A stretch of 63,310 nucleotides of DNA, filler included, from Octopus bimaculoides (taxonomy: Eukaryota): assembly GCF_001194135.2 (NCBI RefSeq). It is 6 parts of 6 records of this genome, joined end to end, with 100 filler letters (N's around TTAATTAATTAA, not from the genome) between each part and the next. Parts side by side here need not be neighbours in the genome. Positions count along the whole stretch, not along the records: positions 40,590 to 51,725 come from NC_068987.1; positions 51,826 to 59,891 come from NC_068991.1; positions 59,992 to 61,670 come from NC_068981.1; 3 more parts are not named here. The stretch is one strand, 5' to 3'. Below are positions 49,573 to 60,850 of the stretch, in pieces. The position numbers and the translations under genes are program-made. The first letter of the stretch is position 1; each line of letters starts with the position of its first letter. The notes under the pieces are model-generated. The model ran no database searches and was not told where the DNA came from. It worked only from the letters and a program-made list of their open reading frames with translations.

Positions 49573-51725
49573 ATCATCATCATCATTATCATCATCGTTT
49601 AACGTCCGTTTTCCATGCTGGTATGGGTTGGAGAGTTTGACAGGTCTGGAGAGCCAGTGGCTGCACCAAGCTCCAATCTGATCTGGCAATGTTTTTACAA
49701 TTGGATGCCCTTCCTTACGTCAACCACTCCGAGAGTGTAGTGGGTGCTCTTTATGTGCCACCGGCACAATAGCCAGTCAGGCAGGCCTGGCATCAATCAC
49801 ATTTGGATAGTGCTTTTTACATACCACCGGCATGGGAGCCAGTCAGGGGGTACTAGCATCAGCCATGTTCAAATGGTACTGTTTATGTGTCACCAGCATT
49901 GGGGCCAGTCAGGTGATCCTGACATTGATTGCATTCGGATAGTGCTTTTTACATGCCACCAACATGGGAGCCAGTCAGTGGGCACTGGCATTGGCCATGT
50001 TTTGATAGTGCTTTTTATGTGTCACTGGCTTGGGAGCCAGTCAGGGGACACTGGCATTGACCACATTTAGATGATGCATTTTATGTGCCACTGGAATGGG
50101 AGTCAGTCAAGGGGCACTGGCCACAGTTACAATTTTGGTTTTACTTGACTCAACAGGTCTTCTCAAGCATATCATATTGCCCAATGCATCAGGGATACTC
50201 TTAAATGGGCTGGTCATGCAACACTGGCATTGGCCATGGCTGCAATCTCACTTTAGTTGCCGGGTCTTCTCAATCACAGCATATCTCCAAAGGTCTCTGT
50301 CTCTTGCCATTGCCTCTGTGAGGCCCAGTGTTTGAAGATCATGCTTCACCACCTCATCCCATGTCTTCCTGGGTCTACCTCTTCCACAGGTTCCTTCCAC
50401 AGTTAGGAAGTGGTACCTCCTCACACAGCTGTCCTCATCCATACGTAACACGACCATATGAGTGCAGTCATCTTTCTTGCACACCACATTTGATGCTTAT
50501 TATGTTCAACTTTTCTCTCAGGGTGCTTACACTCTGTTGTGTATGCACACTGACATTACACATCCAGTGGATTATACTAGCTTTATTTCTTTCAAGCCTG
50601 TGCATGTCCTCAGCTGTCATGGCCCATGTTTCACTGCTGTGTAGCATGGCAGTCCACACACATGCATCATACCGTCTACCTTTCATCCTGAGCAAGAGGC
50701 CCTTAGCTTCCAGCAGAGGTAGGAGCTCACTGAACTTTGCCCAGGCTATTTTTATTCTAGCCGCTACACTCTCAGAGCAACCAGTCCCACTACAGACTAG
50801 GCTGCCTAGGTAGCAGAAGCTATTAACTACTTCTAGTTTTTACCCCCTGGCATGTGATGAAATCTGTTTATTGTATATCTTCAGTGTTTATTGCCCCTGT
50901 GCATCTGCCATACACAAAAACTATCTTCCTAGTTAAACTTCCTTTGATATTGCTGCAGCTTTTATGTGTCCTTTTATGAGTTTCTACCCATGCCTTTTCT
51001 ACAGATCGAGCAGAACCATCTACCTGAAGGGCTTTTGCTAGGTTAACCCTAAAGCCCTTCAATTCTAGACCTTGCTTCCACACCCTAAACTTCGTCTCTA
51101 GTTCTGGCAGTGACTCAGCTATTAGAGCAAGGTCATCAGCATAGAGGAGCTCCCAGGGGCAGCGTGTCTTGAATTCCTCTGTTATTGCCTGAAGGACTAT
51201 ATTAAATAAGAGGAGGCTGAGGACTGATCCTTGGTGAAGCCTGGAATTCTTCACTATACTCGTTGCCAACCCTCACCTTACTGACAATATTCCTGTACAG
51301 ACGAGTGGTTAGTAAGCTAACCACTCGTCTATCACCAGTTTCTACATTCACCATCAGATAAGGGATCGTGGGACCCTGTCAAAGGCTTTCTCCAAATCAA
51401 CAAAAGCCAAGTATAGAGGTTTATCTTTGGCTAGGTATTTCTCCTGCAGTTGCCTTACCAGAAATATAGCATCAGTGGTGCTTTTGCCTGGCACAAAACC
51501 AAACTACATCTCATCTAGGCTAACTCTCTCCCTAATTAGTTGGGCTATGACCCTCTCTGTAATTATTGGATCCAATAATTTGATATCCCTGATAGTTATT
51601 TCCGTCTAAAGCATCACCTTTACCTTTGTAGCAGTTGACTATGGTGTTGCTACACCAGTCATTGGGTATGACTTCTTCATGAACTACCTGATTTACGATG
51701 CAGGTGACAAGACCATAACCCACAC
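49573..51725 (-). mobile_element. RTE-clade LINE, RT domain to 3' end with (GAT)n tail; truncated by a gap
   Basis: IPNDWCSNTIVNCYKGKGDAL, FGFVPGKSTTDAIF, AFVDLEKAFDRVP, LHQGSVLSLLLF, LLYADDL, GRGRPRKTWDEVV; 3'UTR tandem repeats; tail ...GGACGTTAAACGATGATGAT. Confidence 0.9.
49744..50120. repeat. 66-bp tandem repeat (about 5.7 units) in the RTE 3'UTR
   Basis: Unit starts at 49744, 49810, 49876, 49942, 50008 and 50074. Confidence 0.9.
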
Positions 51726-51916
51726 NNNNNNNNNNNNNNNNNNNNNNNNNNNNNNNNNNNNNNNNNNNNTTAATTAATTAANNNNNNNNNNNNNNNNNNN
51801 NNNNNNNNNNNNNNNNNNNNNNNNNTATACATACATATATATATATACATACATATATATATATATACATACATATATATATACATACACGCACATGTAC
51901 AAATAGATAGATAGAC

Positions 51917-51975
<59 letters not shown>

Positions 51976-52041
51976 CAAACAGACATATCGATATATGTAT
52001 TTAGTGTACATGCATATGTGTACGCGTGTGTGTGTGTACGA

Positions 52042-52072
<31 letters not shown>

Positions 52073-52511
52073 TGTGTGTGTGTGTGTGTGCATATACACT
52101 CATACATAGTCACAAAGATATATGTATAACTGAACTCGTGTGAATGTGAAGCTAAATATCTGATTTAAGATTACGAGACTACAACAATTTCGCGTCTATT
52201 CATTTTAAACACGATATTACATGTGTGTGTGTGTTTGCATCTACGTATGCATGTGCGTGTTTCTGAGTGTGTGTGTATTTGTTTGTGCATGTGCATCTAT
52301 GCGTGTGAGGTGTGTGTGTGCCCTTTCAAATTGCTTGATCACCAGAAAAATATCTTTGACGTTTTGTCCTCATCCTTTATCTGCTTTATGAAGTTTTTTT
52401 TTCCTTTTCTGTTTCTTATCTTCTCTCTCAACCACCTTATCGTATTCCAGTTTTATGCGCCCCCTTGTCTCCCATCCTGTCTGTCTGTCTAACTCTCCTC
52501 CATTTTCATAT

Positions 52512-52554
<43 letters not shown>

Positions 52555-54822
52555 NNNNNNNNNNNNNNNNNNNNNNNNNNNNNNNNNNNNNNNNNNNNNN
52601 NNNNNNNNNNNNNNNNNNNNNNNNNNNNNNNNNNNNNNNNNNNNNNNNNNNNNNNNNNNNNNNNNNNNNNNNNNNNNNNNNNNNNNNNNNNNNNNNNNNN
52701 NNNNNNNNNNNNNNNNNNNNNNNNNNNNNNNNNNNNNNNNNNNNNNNNNNNNNNNNNNNNNNNNNNNNNNNNNNNNNNNNNNNNNNNNNNNNNNNNNNNN
52801 NNNNNNNNNNNNNNNNNNNNNNNNNNNNNNNNNNNNNNNNNNNNNNNNNNNNNNNNNNNNNNNNNNNNNNNNNNNNNNNNNNNNNNNNNNNNNNNNNNNN
52901 NNNNNNNNNNNNNNNNNNNNNNNNNNNNNNNNNNNNNNNNNNNNNNNNNNNNNNNNNNNNNNNNNNNNNNNNNNNNNNNNNNNNNNNNNNNNNNNNNNNN
53001 NNNNNNNNNNNNNNNNNNNNNNNNNNNNNNNNNNNNNNNNNNNNNNNNNNNNNNNNNNNNNNNNNNNTGTGTGTGTGTGTGAGAGATAAAATATTAAGAT
53101 ATTGCACTGGTATGTTTTAAAATGTTTCAACATATTTTAGTTAAAAATAAAAGTTGAAATCGTGCAATGGCGTGGCCCCCACCCTCAAAAATAAAAATTG
53201 GCCTCAAAAGTGTTTGTTTCCTATCTCCCTCTCCCTTGTTGCAGAACTAGATTTGTACACTTTAACAGAATGTCCTTTTGGCAGCGATCGTTCATAGGCG
53301 TTCAGAAGAGGAGGGGGGCAATATTTTGTATCAGGTAAAATTCAACATGCACCCTTATATAATTGTGATACTGGCCACGAGAACATGGACCTATCTATGC
53401 ATTTATTTATCTTGCGCGCACGCAAACACGTGTGCTTATAACTGTCACCATATTTCTATCTCTCTCTCTCTCTCTCTTTCCCTATATATATAAATATATA
53501 AATATATATATATATCTCCATTTCAACCGAATTTCCTAATCGGTTTTGCACACGATTCAGGTGATAACGTAAGGTGGCGCTCATCAGAAGAGCATATCTG
53601 AAAAATATGGCGACAGCTCTCTGCTAGTGGAGCATAGAGTTGTCGCCATACTTTTATACTTAACATCCAATTCTTGTATGTAAAGTGAATGGTAAAATCG
53701 GTTGCAATGGATCTATAATACTAGATAATATTAAACAAATATAATATTTAACAGATATACAAATGTCCTTTTTTTCTGACTCACGGTTTCTTAGACGACT
53801 ATATTTCGATAAAGGAAGGAAACTGAATACGTCTTGTCTCAGAATCGATCAAAGTACCGAGAAACGCTCGCAAAATACTGCAGAATTTATATTACCAGAA
53901 CCTTAGCAGTCGGAGACCATTGCCGAATATCTTCAGATCTTTAAGGATACAACAGAATTGTCAGTCTTTCAGCAATTACTACTGCCACATCCACCTTCCT
54001 GCTACCAACCTCGGGTGCAGAGTCCTTATTTTGTCATTAGAAAGTGCCATACTATCAGCGTCTTTGAGATATTCGTTTTATCTGTCATGCATTCGACCAA
54101 ATATTGTGCGCAGGGTTGTAACAAGTTTTCCACAATTGTATGAACTTTACCTGCTTTTAACAGTCAATAACCAATGCAACATGAAAACGGTAAATAGTTT
54201 TTTGCTTAGTACATCATAATGAAATTGCCGATTCCCTTTGATTCAATTCCAAAAAATATTCCCTCATACGATTTCTTTAACAGAACTCGAATTTTCTTTA
54301 AATATTTTTTTTAGTTTAGAAGGATTTAAGCTGACATTACTTCAGGGGAAATAAACATCAGAGATGATTCGCCCTACGCAAGAAGCTACCCAGAGGTTTT
54401 GCAAGCTCTTCTAAATCCATTGTAATGCTGGAAACCCTTCCATATCGTCAACAGATATCCTAGGGTCACAAGCGTTTTGCCCCTTAGCCTGTATCCTAAG
54501 GTTATTTGGGATAGGCAAGAGGTCAGCGACAGCACGAAGGTGGAAGGAGAATCTTTCCCGGTCAATGTCTCTGAGTTCCTTCCAGAACAGTGGGCGCTCG
54601 AACGCCTGGTCCTACTGTATCCATTGCCCCGGTGGGTAAGCCCTACCGCCTTCATCCAGCGATCCTCCTTTGTTGAATCACGGACCCTTTGCACTTTGAG
54701 CTCTCTCTTGCTTCTGGTATAGATGTTTTTCCTCCTCCTGGCGCTGAAGTTTTACTCTCATTGACAGACTTCTCCATCAAAATCTTTCTAGATTCAACAG
54801 CCCGCTTTGTTCAGTCGTATCA

Positions 54823-54825
54823 CCG

Positions 54826-54857
<32 letters not shown>

Positions 54858-55234
54858 GGCACTCCGTCGGTTACGACGTCGAGGGTTCCAGTTGATCCGA
54901 TCAACGGAACAGCTAGCTCGTGAAATTAACGTGCAAGTGGCTGAGCACTCCACAGACACGTGTACCCTTAACGTAGTTCTCGGGGAAATTCAGCGTGTCA
55001 CAGTGTGACAAGGCTCACCCTTTGAATTACAGGCACAACAGAAACAGGAAGTAAGAGTGAGAGAAAGTTGTGGTGAAAGAGTACAGCAGGGTTCGCCAGG
55101 ATCCCCTGCCGGAGCCTCATGGAACTTTAGGTGTTTTCGCTCAATAAACACTCACAACGCCCGGTCTGGGAATCGAAACCGTGATCCTACGACCGCGAGT
55201 CCGCTGCCCTAACCACTGGACCATTGCTCCTCCA
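54823..55234 (-). mobile_element. tRNA-derived SINE family D with (AAC)n tail
   Basis: Minus head TGGTCCAGTGGTTAGGGCAGCGGACTCGCGGTC..CGGTTTCGATTCC (A and B boxes), unique body and (AAC)n tail. Confidence 0.85.
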
Positions 55235-57779
55235 CTGTCGTATTACCAGTCCATGTGAAACCGTAAGAAACAAAAACTTCAAGATTCTTTTTCTTATATT
55301 TCATTTGTTCATCTTATTTTCATATTGTTTTTGAAGATGAATCAACTGAAGCTGAGTAACACTTCTTTCGTTCATGTTACTTGGATTCTGCTTAACAGCA
55401 TTTGACTTATTGATTATTAACCTTTTATCCATTGGAGATGTACATAAAGTGCAATATATTGATTACAGAAAACTGAAATTACCCAAAACATTTATCTTCA
55501 CTATGTCTGCATCGGAAATGCTACTAAATCATTTCACGGCACATTGTGCACTATTTTTTAAACAACCATTTCACATTTGTTGCTGTCTGAACTGAAAACG
55601 ACTGAAAAATATTACATAATATTTGCCGGAGTTGCCGAATTTCACCAGTTCAGAAGAATGTATACAGATTTTATATTTTCACATTAGAAATAAGCACTTG
55701 ATATTCAAGCAGACACTGTGAACCTTTCCCTTACAAAAGTTTCACACACACAGACACACACACACAATTTTCAGTTAACTGTGGATATAAAGGGATTCTG
55801 TTTCACGATATAATTAGATTAGATTACTACGTCGGTGATGTCGTTAGGAAATATTCCTTCGCCTGAATGACGCCGGTTAACTAAGTTAAGCAGCCCTTAA
55901 TACAATTTAACACATCCAGAAACGCATTTAGCTTGCCCCTACAATTATGTCGACCCCATGGTAAACCAAGAACAAAAAGAAAGACACCTAGCGAAATAGC
56001 TGTTACGTAAATGGAGTAATAAAGAGGAAATCTCTATGTAGTCACTCGACCTGCTAGAAATAGAAGCCAAATCCTCGACAAATGACACCCTGTCGTCTTA
56101 AAACGGAGAAGGGAACATTCAACACTGTAGTTCCAAATAGGACGCCATTGATCTTCCAAGATCCTGCAAGAACCTGCGACCGTGGGACTGTCTTTGCTTA
56201 TATTTTATATATTTTATATTTTATATATTTTATATTTTATATATTTTATATTTCATATATTTTATTTTATATATTATTTTAAATATTTTATATTTTTATA
56301 TTTTATTTTATATATTATTTTAAATATTTTATATTTTATATATTTTATACTGTCTTTGCTTATATTTTATTCAAAACTATATTCAATGAGAAAACATATA
56401 TCACAAAAAAAAAATCAAAAGTTTACAATGATTTCAACATCAATGTATTTATGTATATATTTGTATGTATATGACTACATGTTCTGCCGACATACATGTA
56501 TATATAAACACGTGTAGATATGAAAAAGTAATACATAAATAACACAGGGAAACTCACTCACTCAGAAACAAGACGAAAAGTTTCAATTACCCTCCTCCAA
56601 TTATAACAATGACAGGAATGTTCTGAAATACATACACCCACACTAACTGGTATAAATTTTTCGTTTTGGATTAAAAATTAAGCCTTAAATGCCAAAATTA
56701 ATCGCTTGCTTTGCTTTTCCTTGACTAAATTCTAATTTTGATAAATGTTCCGATTAGAAAATTCAAATGGGCTTAGAATTATGGTAAACATAAAGAATGA
56801 AACTGGATCTTTGGTAGAGAACATTGTGTATATTAAAATTCTGCAAAAGTTTACGTTAGGTTATAATACTGCATAATGAGCCAAATTTTTCACATAATTT
56901 TTTCTTATATATTACAATATTCATATACGACAACAAACCGTACAACACAACAAACCATACCAAAAATGTGTCATTTTATTTCAATCATAGAGCCGCTGTG
57001 TACCATTAATGTAACGTAAGTCATTTAAATATTCAAATAAGGTTTTTGTTTTTTCAATGAGTATTTCTTATGACGTGCATTAAATTAGAAATACAAATAC
57101 GTATATATACATTCTTATTTCTTTATTGCCCACAAGGGGCTAAACAAGGACAGACAAACTGGTACTTAATTTATCGACCCCCGAAAGGATGAAAGGCAAA
57201 GTCGACCTCGGCGGAATTTGAACTCAGAACGTAACGGCAGACGAAATACCGCTAAGCATTTCGCCCGGCGTGCTAACGTTTNNNNNNNNNNNNNNNNNNN
57301 NNNNNNNNNNNNNNNNNNNNNNNNNNNNNNNNNNNNNNNNNNNNNNNNNNNNNNNNNNNNNNNNNNNNNNNNNNNNNNNNNNNNNNNNNNNNNNNNNNNN
57401 NNNNNNNNNNNNNNNNNNNNNNNNNNNNNAAATTAGAAATACAAATACGTATATATACATTCTACAAATGTTTTCCATTGTTGATGTTAAGAAGCTTGCT
57501 TACCAATAACATGGTTCCGGGTTCAGTCCCCCTGTGTGGCATCTTGGGCAAGTGTCTTTTCTACTACAGACGAAATACCGCTAAGCATTTTGCCCGGCGT
57601 GCTGACCATTCTGCCAGCTCATCGGTTTGCACTCGTAAATATTAATACAAACGTAATATCAATTTTTCATTTTTATTCGAAACAGCAGGAAAGAGTGTAC
57701 ACACAGTTTGTACAATACTTTAGATACATGGCTTTCGTTCGCAATAAGAACAAGGTGTCATCCCCATATATATGTATAT

Positions 57780-58210
57780 ATGTGAATGAGTGAGTGTGTG
57801 TGTGTGTATATGAGTGAGTGTGAGTGAGTGAGTGAGTGAATGAGTGTGTGAGTGTGATTGTATGTGAGTGATTGAGTATGTGTGTGAGTGAGTGAGTGTG
57901 TATGTGTGTGAGTGATTGAGTGTGATTGAGTGTGTGTGTGAGTGAGTGAGTGAGTGAGTGAGTGATTGAGTGATTGAGAGTGTGTGTATCAGTGAGAGTC
58001 TGTGTGAGTGATTGAGCGAGTGTGTGTGAGTGTGTGTGTGTGAGTGAGTGTGAGTGTGTGAGTGTGTGTGTGTGAGTGAGTGTGAGTGTATGAGTGTATG
58101 TGTGAGTGACTGAGTGAGTGAGTGACTGAGTGAAAGTGGGTTTCTATGTGTGTGTGTGTGTGTGTGTATGTGTGTGTGTGTGTGCGCGTGTGTGTCTGTG
58201 TGTGTCTGTG
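57780..58210. repeat. Compound (GAGT)n/(GT)n microsatellite; one of dozens of (TA)n, (CA)n, (AAT)n, (TATG)n, (GATA)n and (GAA)n tracts in the window
   Basis: Direct reading. Other examples: (AAT)n 2748-2808, (CAG)(TAG)(GAA)n 16818-16911, (GATA)n 51903-51975. Confidence 0.95.
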
Positions 58211-58877
58211 TGTGTTAAGTGCAATTTACTACGAAATGAAATACTGTTTCGTGAAAATCACTTGAAAATCACGTAGACGGAATAAATAAAAATCGAAAGA
58301 GGTGAAACAGAATATCAGAAATATCGTCGCAAACAATTAATGAACAATAAGAAGAAAAAAAAAGTAAATAGCTTCAGAAAAAATAATTTTAATCTTTATG
58401 TGACAAGAAATCAAATAAGCTGGATACAAAACAAATGAACCAAAACCAAGAAAGCAAGATATCAGGATAGAAGACTTACCGAATCACAAATAGAAAAATA
58501 TTTAGAAAAATCAAAAGCGACATAAAAATTAACAGCAGCAAAGCCGAGCAATAAAGCCATTGTATAAAAAAGGATTAGTAAATGATACGATGTAATCTTA
58601 CAGTCAACGCCCAAATAATCCGTTGTAGTGTAGGCACACGACATGAAATACGGTAGATGAGACTAGTCCATTACATGGACCCCAGTGTTTCACTGCTATT
58701 TAATTCTTCGTTCGCGAAAGGATGAAAGGCAAAGTCGATCTCGGCGAAATTTGAACTCAGAAAGTCGTGGGAGACGAAATACCGCTAAGCATTTCGCCCG
58801 GCGCACTAAAGATTCTGCCAGCTCATCACCTTAATTAAGGCCCTCATTAATACTACTTACTAGTGATAAAAAATACG

Positions 58878-59248
58878 AACAAGAGCACTCAGAGAGCACA
58901 AACCTCAGCCAAAGTAACACTAACGTCCGTCCTCTCAACGATTAACCAGAGATGATTTTTAAAATGAGAATATCTGAAATAAACTTGACTGCTCTCACAA
59001 ACGAGAATACTAAAAGAGAACCTGACCGCTCTCAAAAGTTAAGTAAAAAAAATAGGAAAAATAATCAAGAGTCCTTGTCCAGTAGCAGATCGATCCTAAA
59101 ACATAATCAGTTCGTGCCAGTCACGATGCCAACCTTCCCTGAAAGTTTCATCCGAATCCATCCAGCGGTTCTTGAGATATCTTGTCCGCGGACAAACAAA
59201 CAAACACGACTGAAAACAATACCTCCGCCTTCGCAAAGGCGGAGGTAA
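58878..59248 (+). mobile_element. Helentron-associated (DINE-1/HINE-like) non-autonomous element
   Basis: 5' subterminal ACCTCAGCC complementary to the 3' GGCGGAGGT, and a 3' hairpin TACCTCCGCCTT-CGCA-AAGGCGGAGGTA (59220-59247). Confidence 0.6.
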
Positions 59249-59651
59249 TAATACTCATAATAAAAGAAAAAGGATCAACGGACCTTCCCGAGGCGTACGC
59301 TCATAAGGCTAGTTTCACGGTTTCGGTGGTGTATATATTGCCCCTCTGGACTTTTGCCAGTTGAGTGGACTGGAGCAACGTTAATTGAAGTGTTTTACTC
59401 AAGAATACAACTCAGAGATCACCAAGAACAAAAAAATGCGTTCTAAACTAATCCCTACTTTAACGGTATTAATATAATTATTAAGAGTTACAATCTAAAA
59501 ATATTGAAAAAGAGTATTATAGTAAACAAGGTTTACTATAATACTCTTTTTCAATATTTACAGTTTACAGATTTTGTCTCTTTATATATATTTTTATTTC
59601 TCATGTTTATGTTTATTCCTTGAATGATTTTAGGTATTTTCTTAGGGATCT

Positions 59652-59766
59652 GACCTGAAGAGTGACTGATTTGGGGAGTAAAATTATTTCCCCATTCGAA
59701 TGAACTCGGATAGAATTTGCTTATGATTTTATATAGTCCTATTTCAGCCATGAAACGCGCGTAGTC
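59652..59766 (+). ncRNA. Type I hammerhead ribozyme motif with 90-nt extended stem II
   Basis: GAC-CTGAAGA (59655-59661)-GTGACTGA...TCAGCCAT-GAAA (59752-59755)-CGCGCG-T-A-GTC: stem I GAC/GTC, palindromic stem III ACGCGCGT, internal GGGGA/TCCCC hairpin. Confidence 0.7.
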
Positions 59767-60019
59767 TATGTACTAGCACTAACTTTTTACATTTATACTT
59801 CCATACTGTATATTATCGTATTAATTTTTACTGTCCAATTTATAAATTTGACTTTTAAATTGTTTTAAATTAATATTTCTATGATTTATATNNNNNNNNN
59901 NNNNNNNNNNNNNNNNNNNNNNNNNNNNNNNNNNNTTAATTAATTAANNNNNNNNNNNNNNNNNNNNNNNNNNNNNNNNNNNNNNNNNNNNATATATATA
60001 TATATATAAAACAACATTC

Positions 60020-60850
60020 AGTTGAGCGAAGAAAAATTTGAGCTCATCCACTTTGGAAAAGTGGGCACACTCAAACAAACGTATACACTACCGTTGGGAG
60101 ACATACTTGAACCGTCGGATACTATCAGAGACTTCGGTAACTTCGAGAGCAACCTTAGCTGGAGTATGCATATCAACAAAAAAGTCAATGTTACCCACAG
60201 AACGTACTCATGGATCCTCAGAACTTTTGAATCTAAGGATCATGAAGCCATCGTCTTTCTCTTCCCCACATTCGCTAGGTCCCACCTCGAATTTTGCTGC
60301 CCATTCTGGTCTCCCTACAAAAAACAAGCTATAATGAGGATTGAAGCGCTACAAAGATCAATCACTAAAAACATAAATGGCATGATGGTACTTGATTATT
60401 ATGCTCGACTTAAACAGTTGAAACTCTATCCTCTGTAATACCGCCGTGAGCGATACATTATTTGCACCAGGTGGAAAATATTCCACCAGTATTATCCAAA
60501 TGATATCGGTATTATGTTTACAATGCACCCAAGACTACAACGCACTCGTGCAATGCGTCGAGATCACTTCACATAAAAAACATTGCGACACAATTTATTC
60601 ACTGCTAATGGTCCTGTTCTTTTCGATGTTATGCCGAAAATTAAAGTAGAAAAAGACATCACAACTTTCAAATGGTATCTGGACAAATTCCTCCAGGAAA
60701 TACCGGATAAACCAGCTACACCTGGATACGTCTCAACCAACAACAACTCTCTGCAAAAACAGAGGGAGAGGGAGATGATCAGGTGGCTCTCGTTATTTAG
60801 CCCCAGGTCAACTATGACCAGACAGACCAATAATCAACTTTAATCATCTA
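60020..60850 (+). mobile_element. CR1/L2-group LINE, C-terminal RT fragment
   Basis: EKFELIHFGK...LSWSMHINKKV...RSHLEFCCPFWSPYKKQAIMRIEALQRSITKNI..DYYARLKQLKLYPL*YRRERY...FKWYLDKFLQEIPDKP. Confidence 0.85.

Noticed and set aside
1791-53133. Many long ORF-track entries filled with X
   Set aside because: They run through N gaps and microsatellites; they are artefacts, not genes.
54386-54722. GC-richer stretch with ~100-aa ORFs on both strands
   Set aside because: No recognisable motif; probably a decayed retroelement fragment, not classifiable.
13399-55234. tRNA-like sequences at 13399-13470, 55165-55234 and 10640-10720
   Set aside because: SINE heads with A/B boxes but no complete cloverleaf; not called as tRNA genes.
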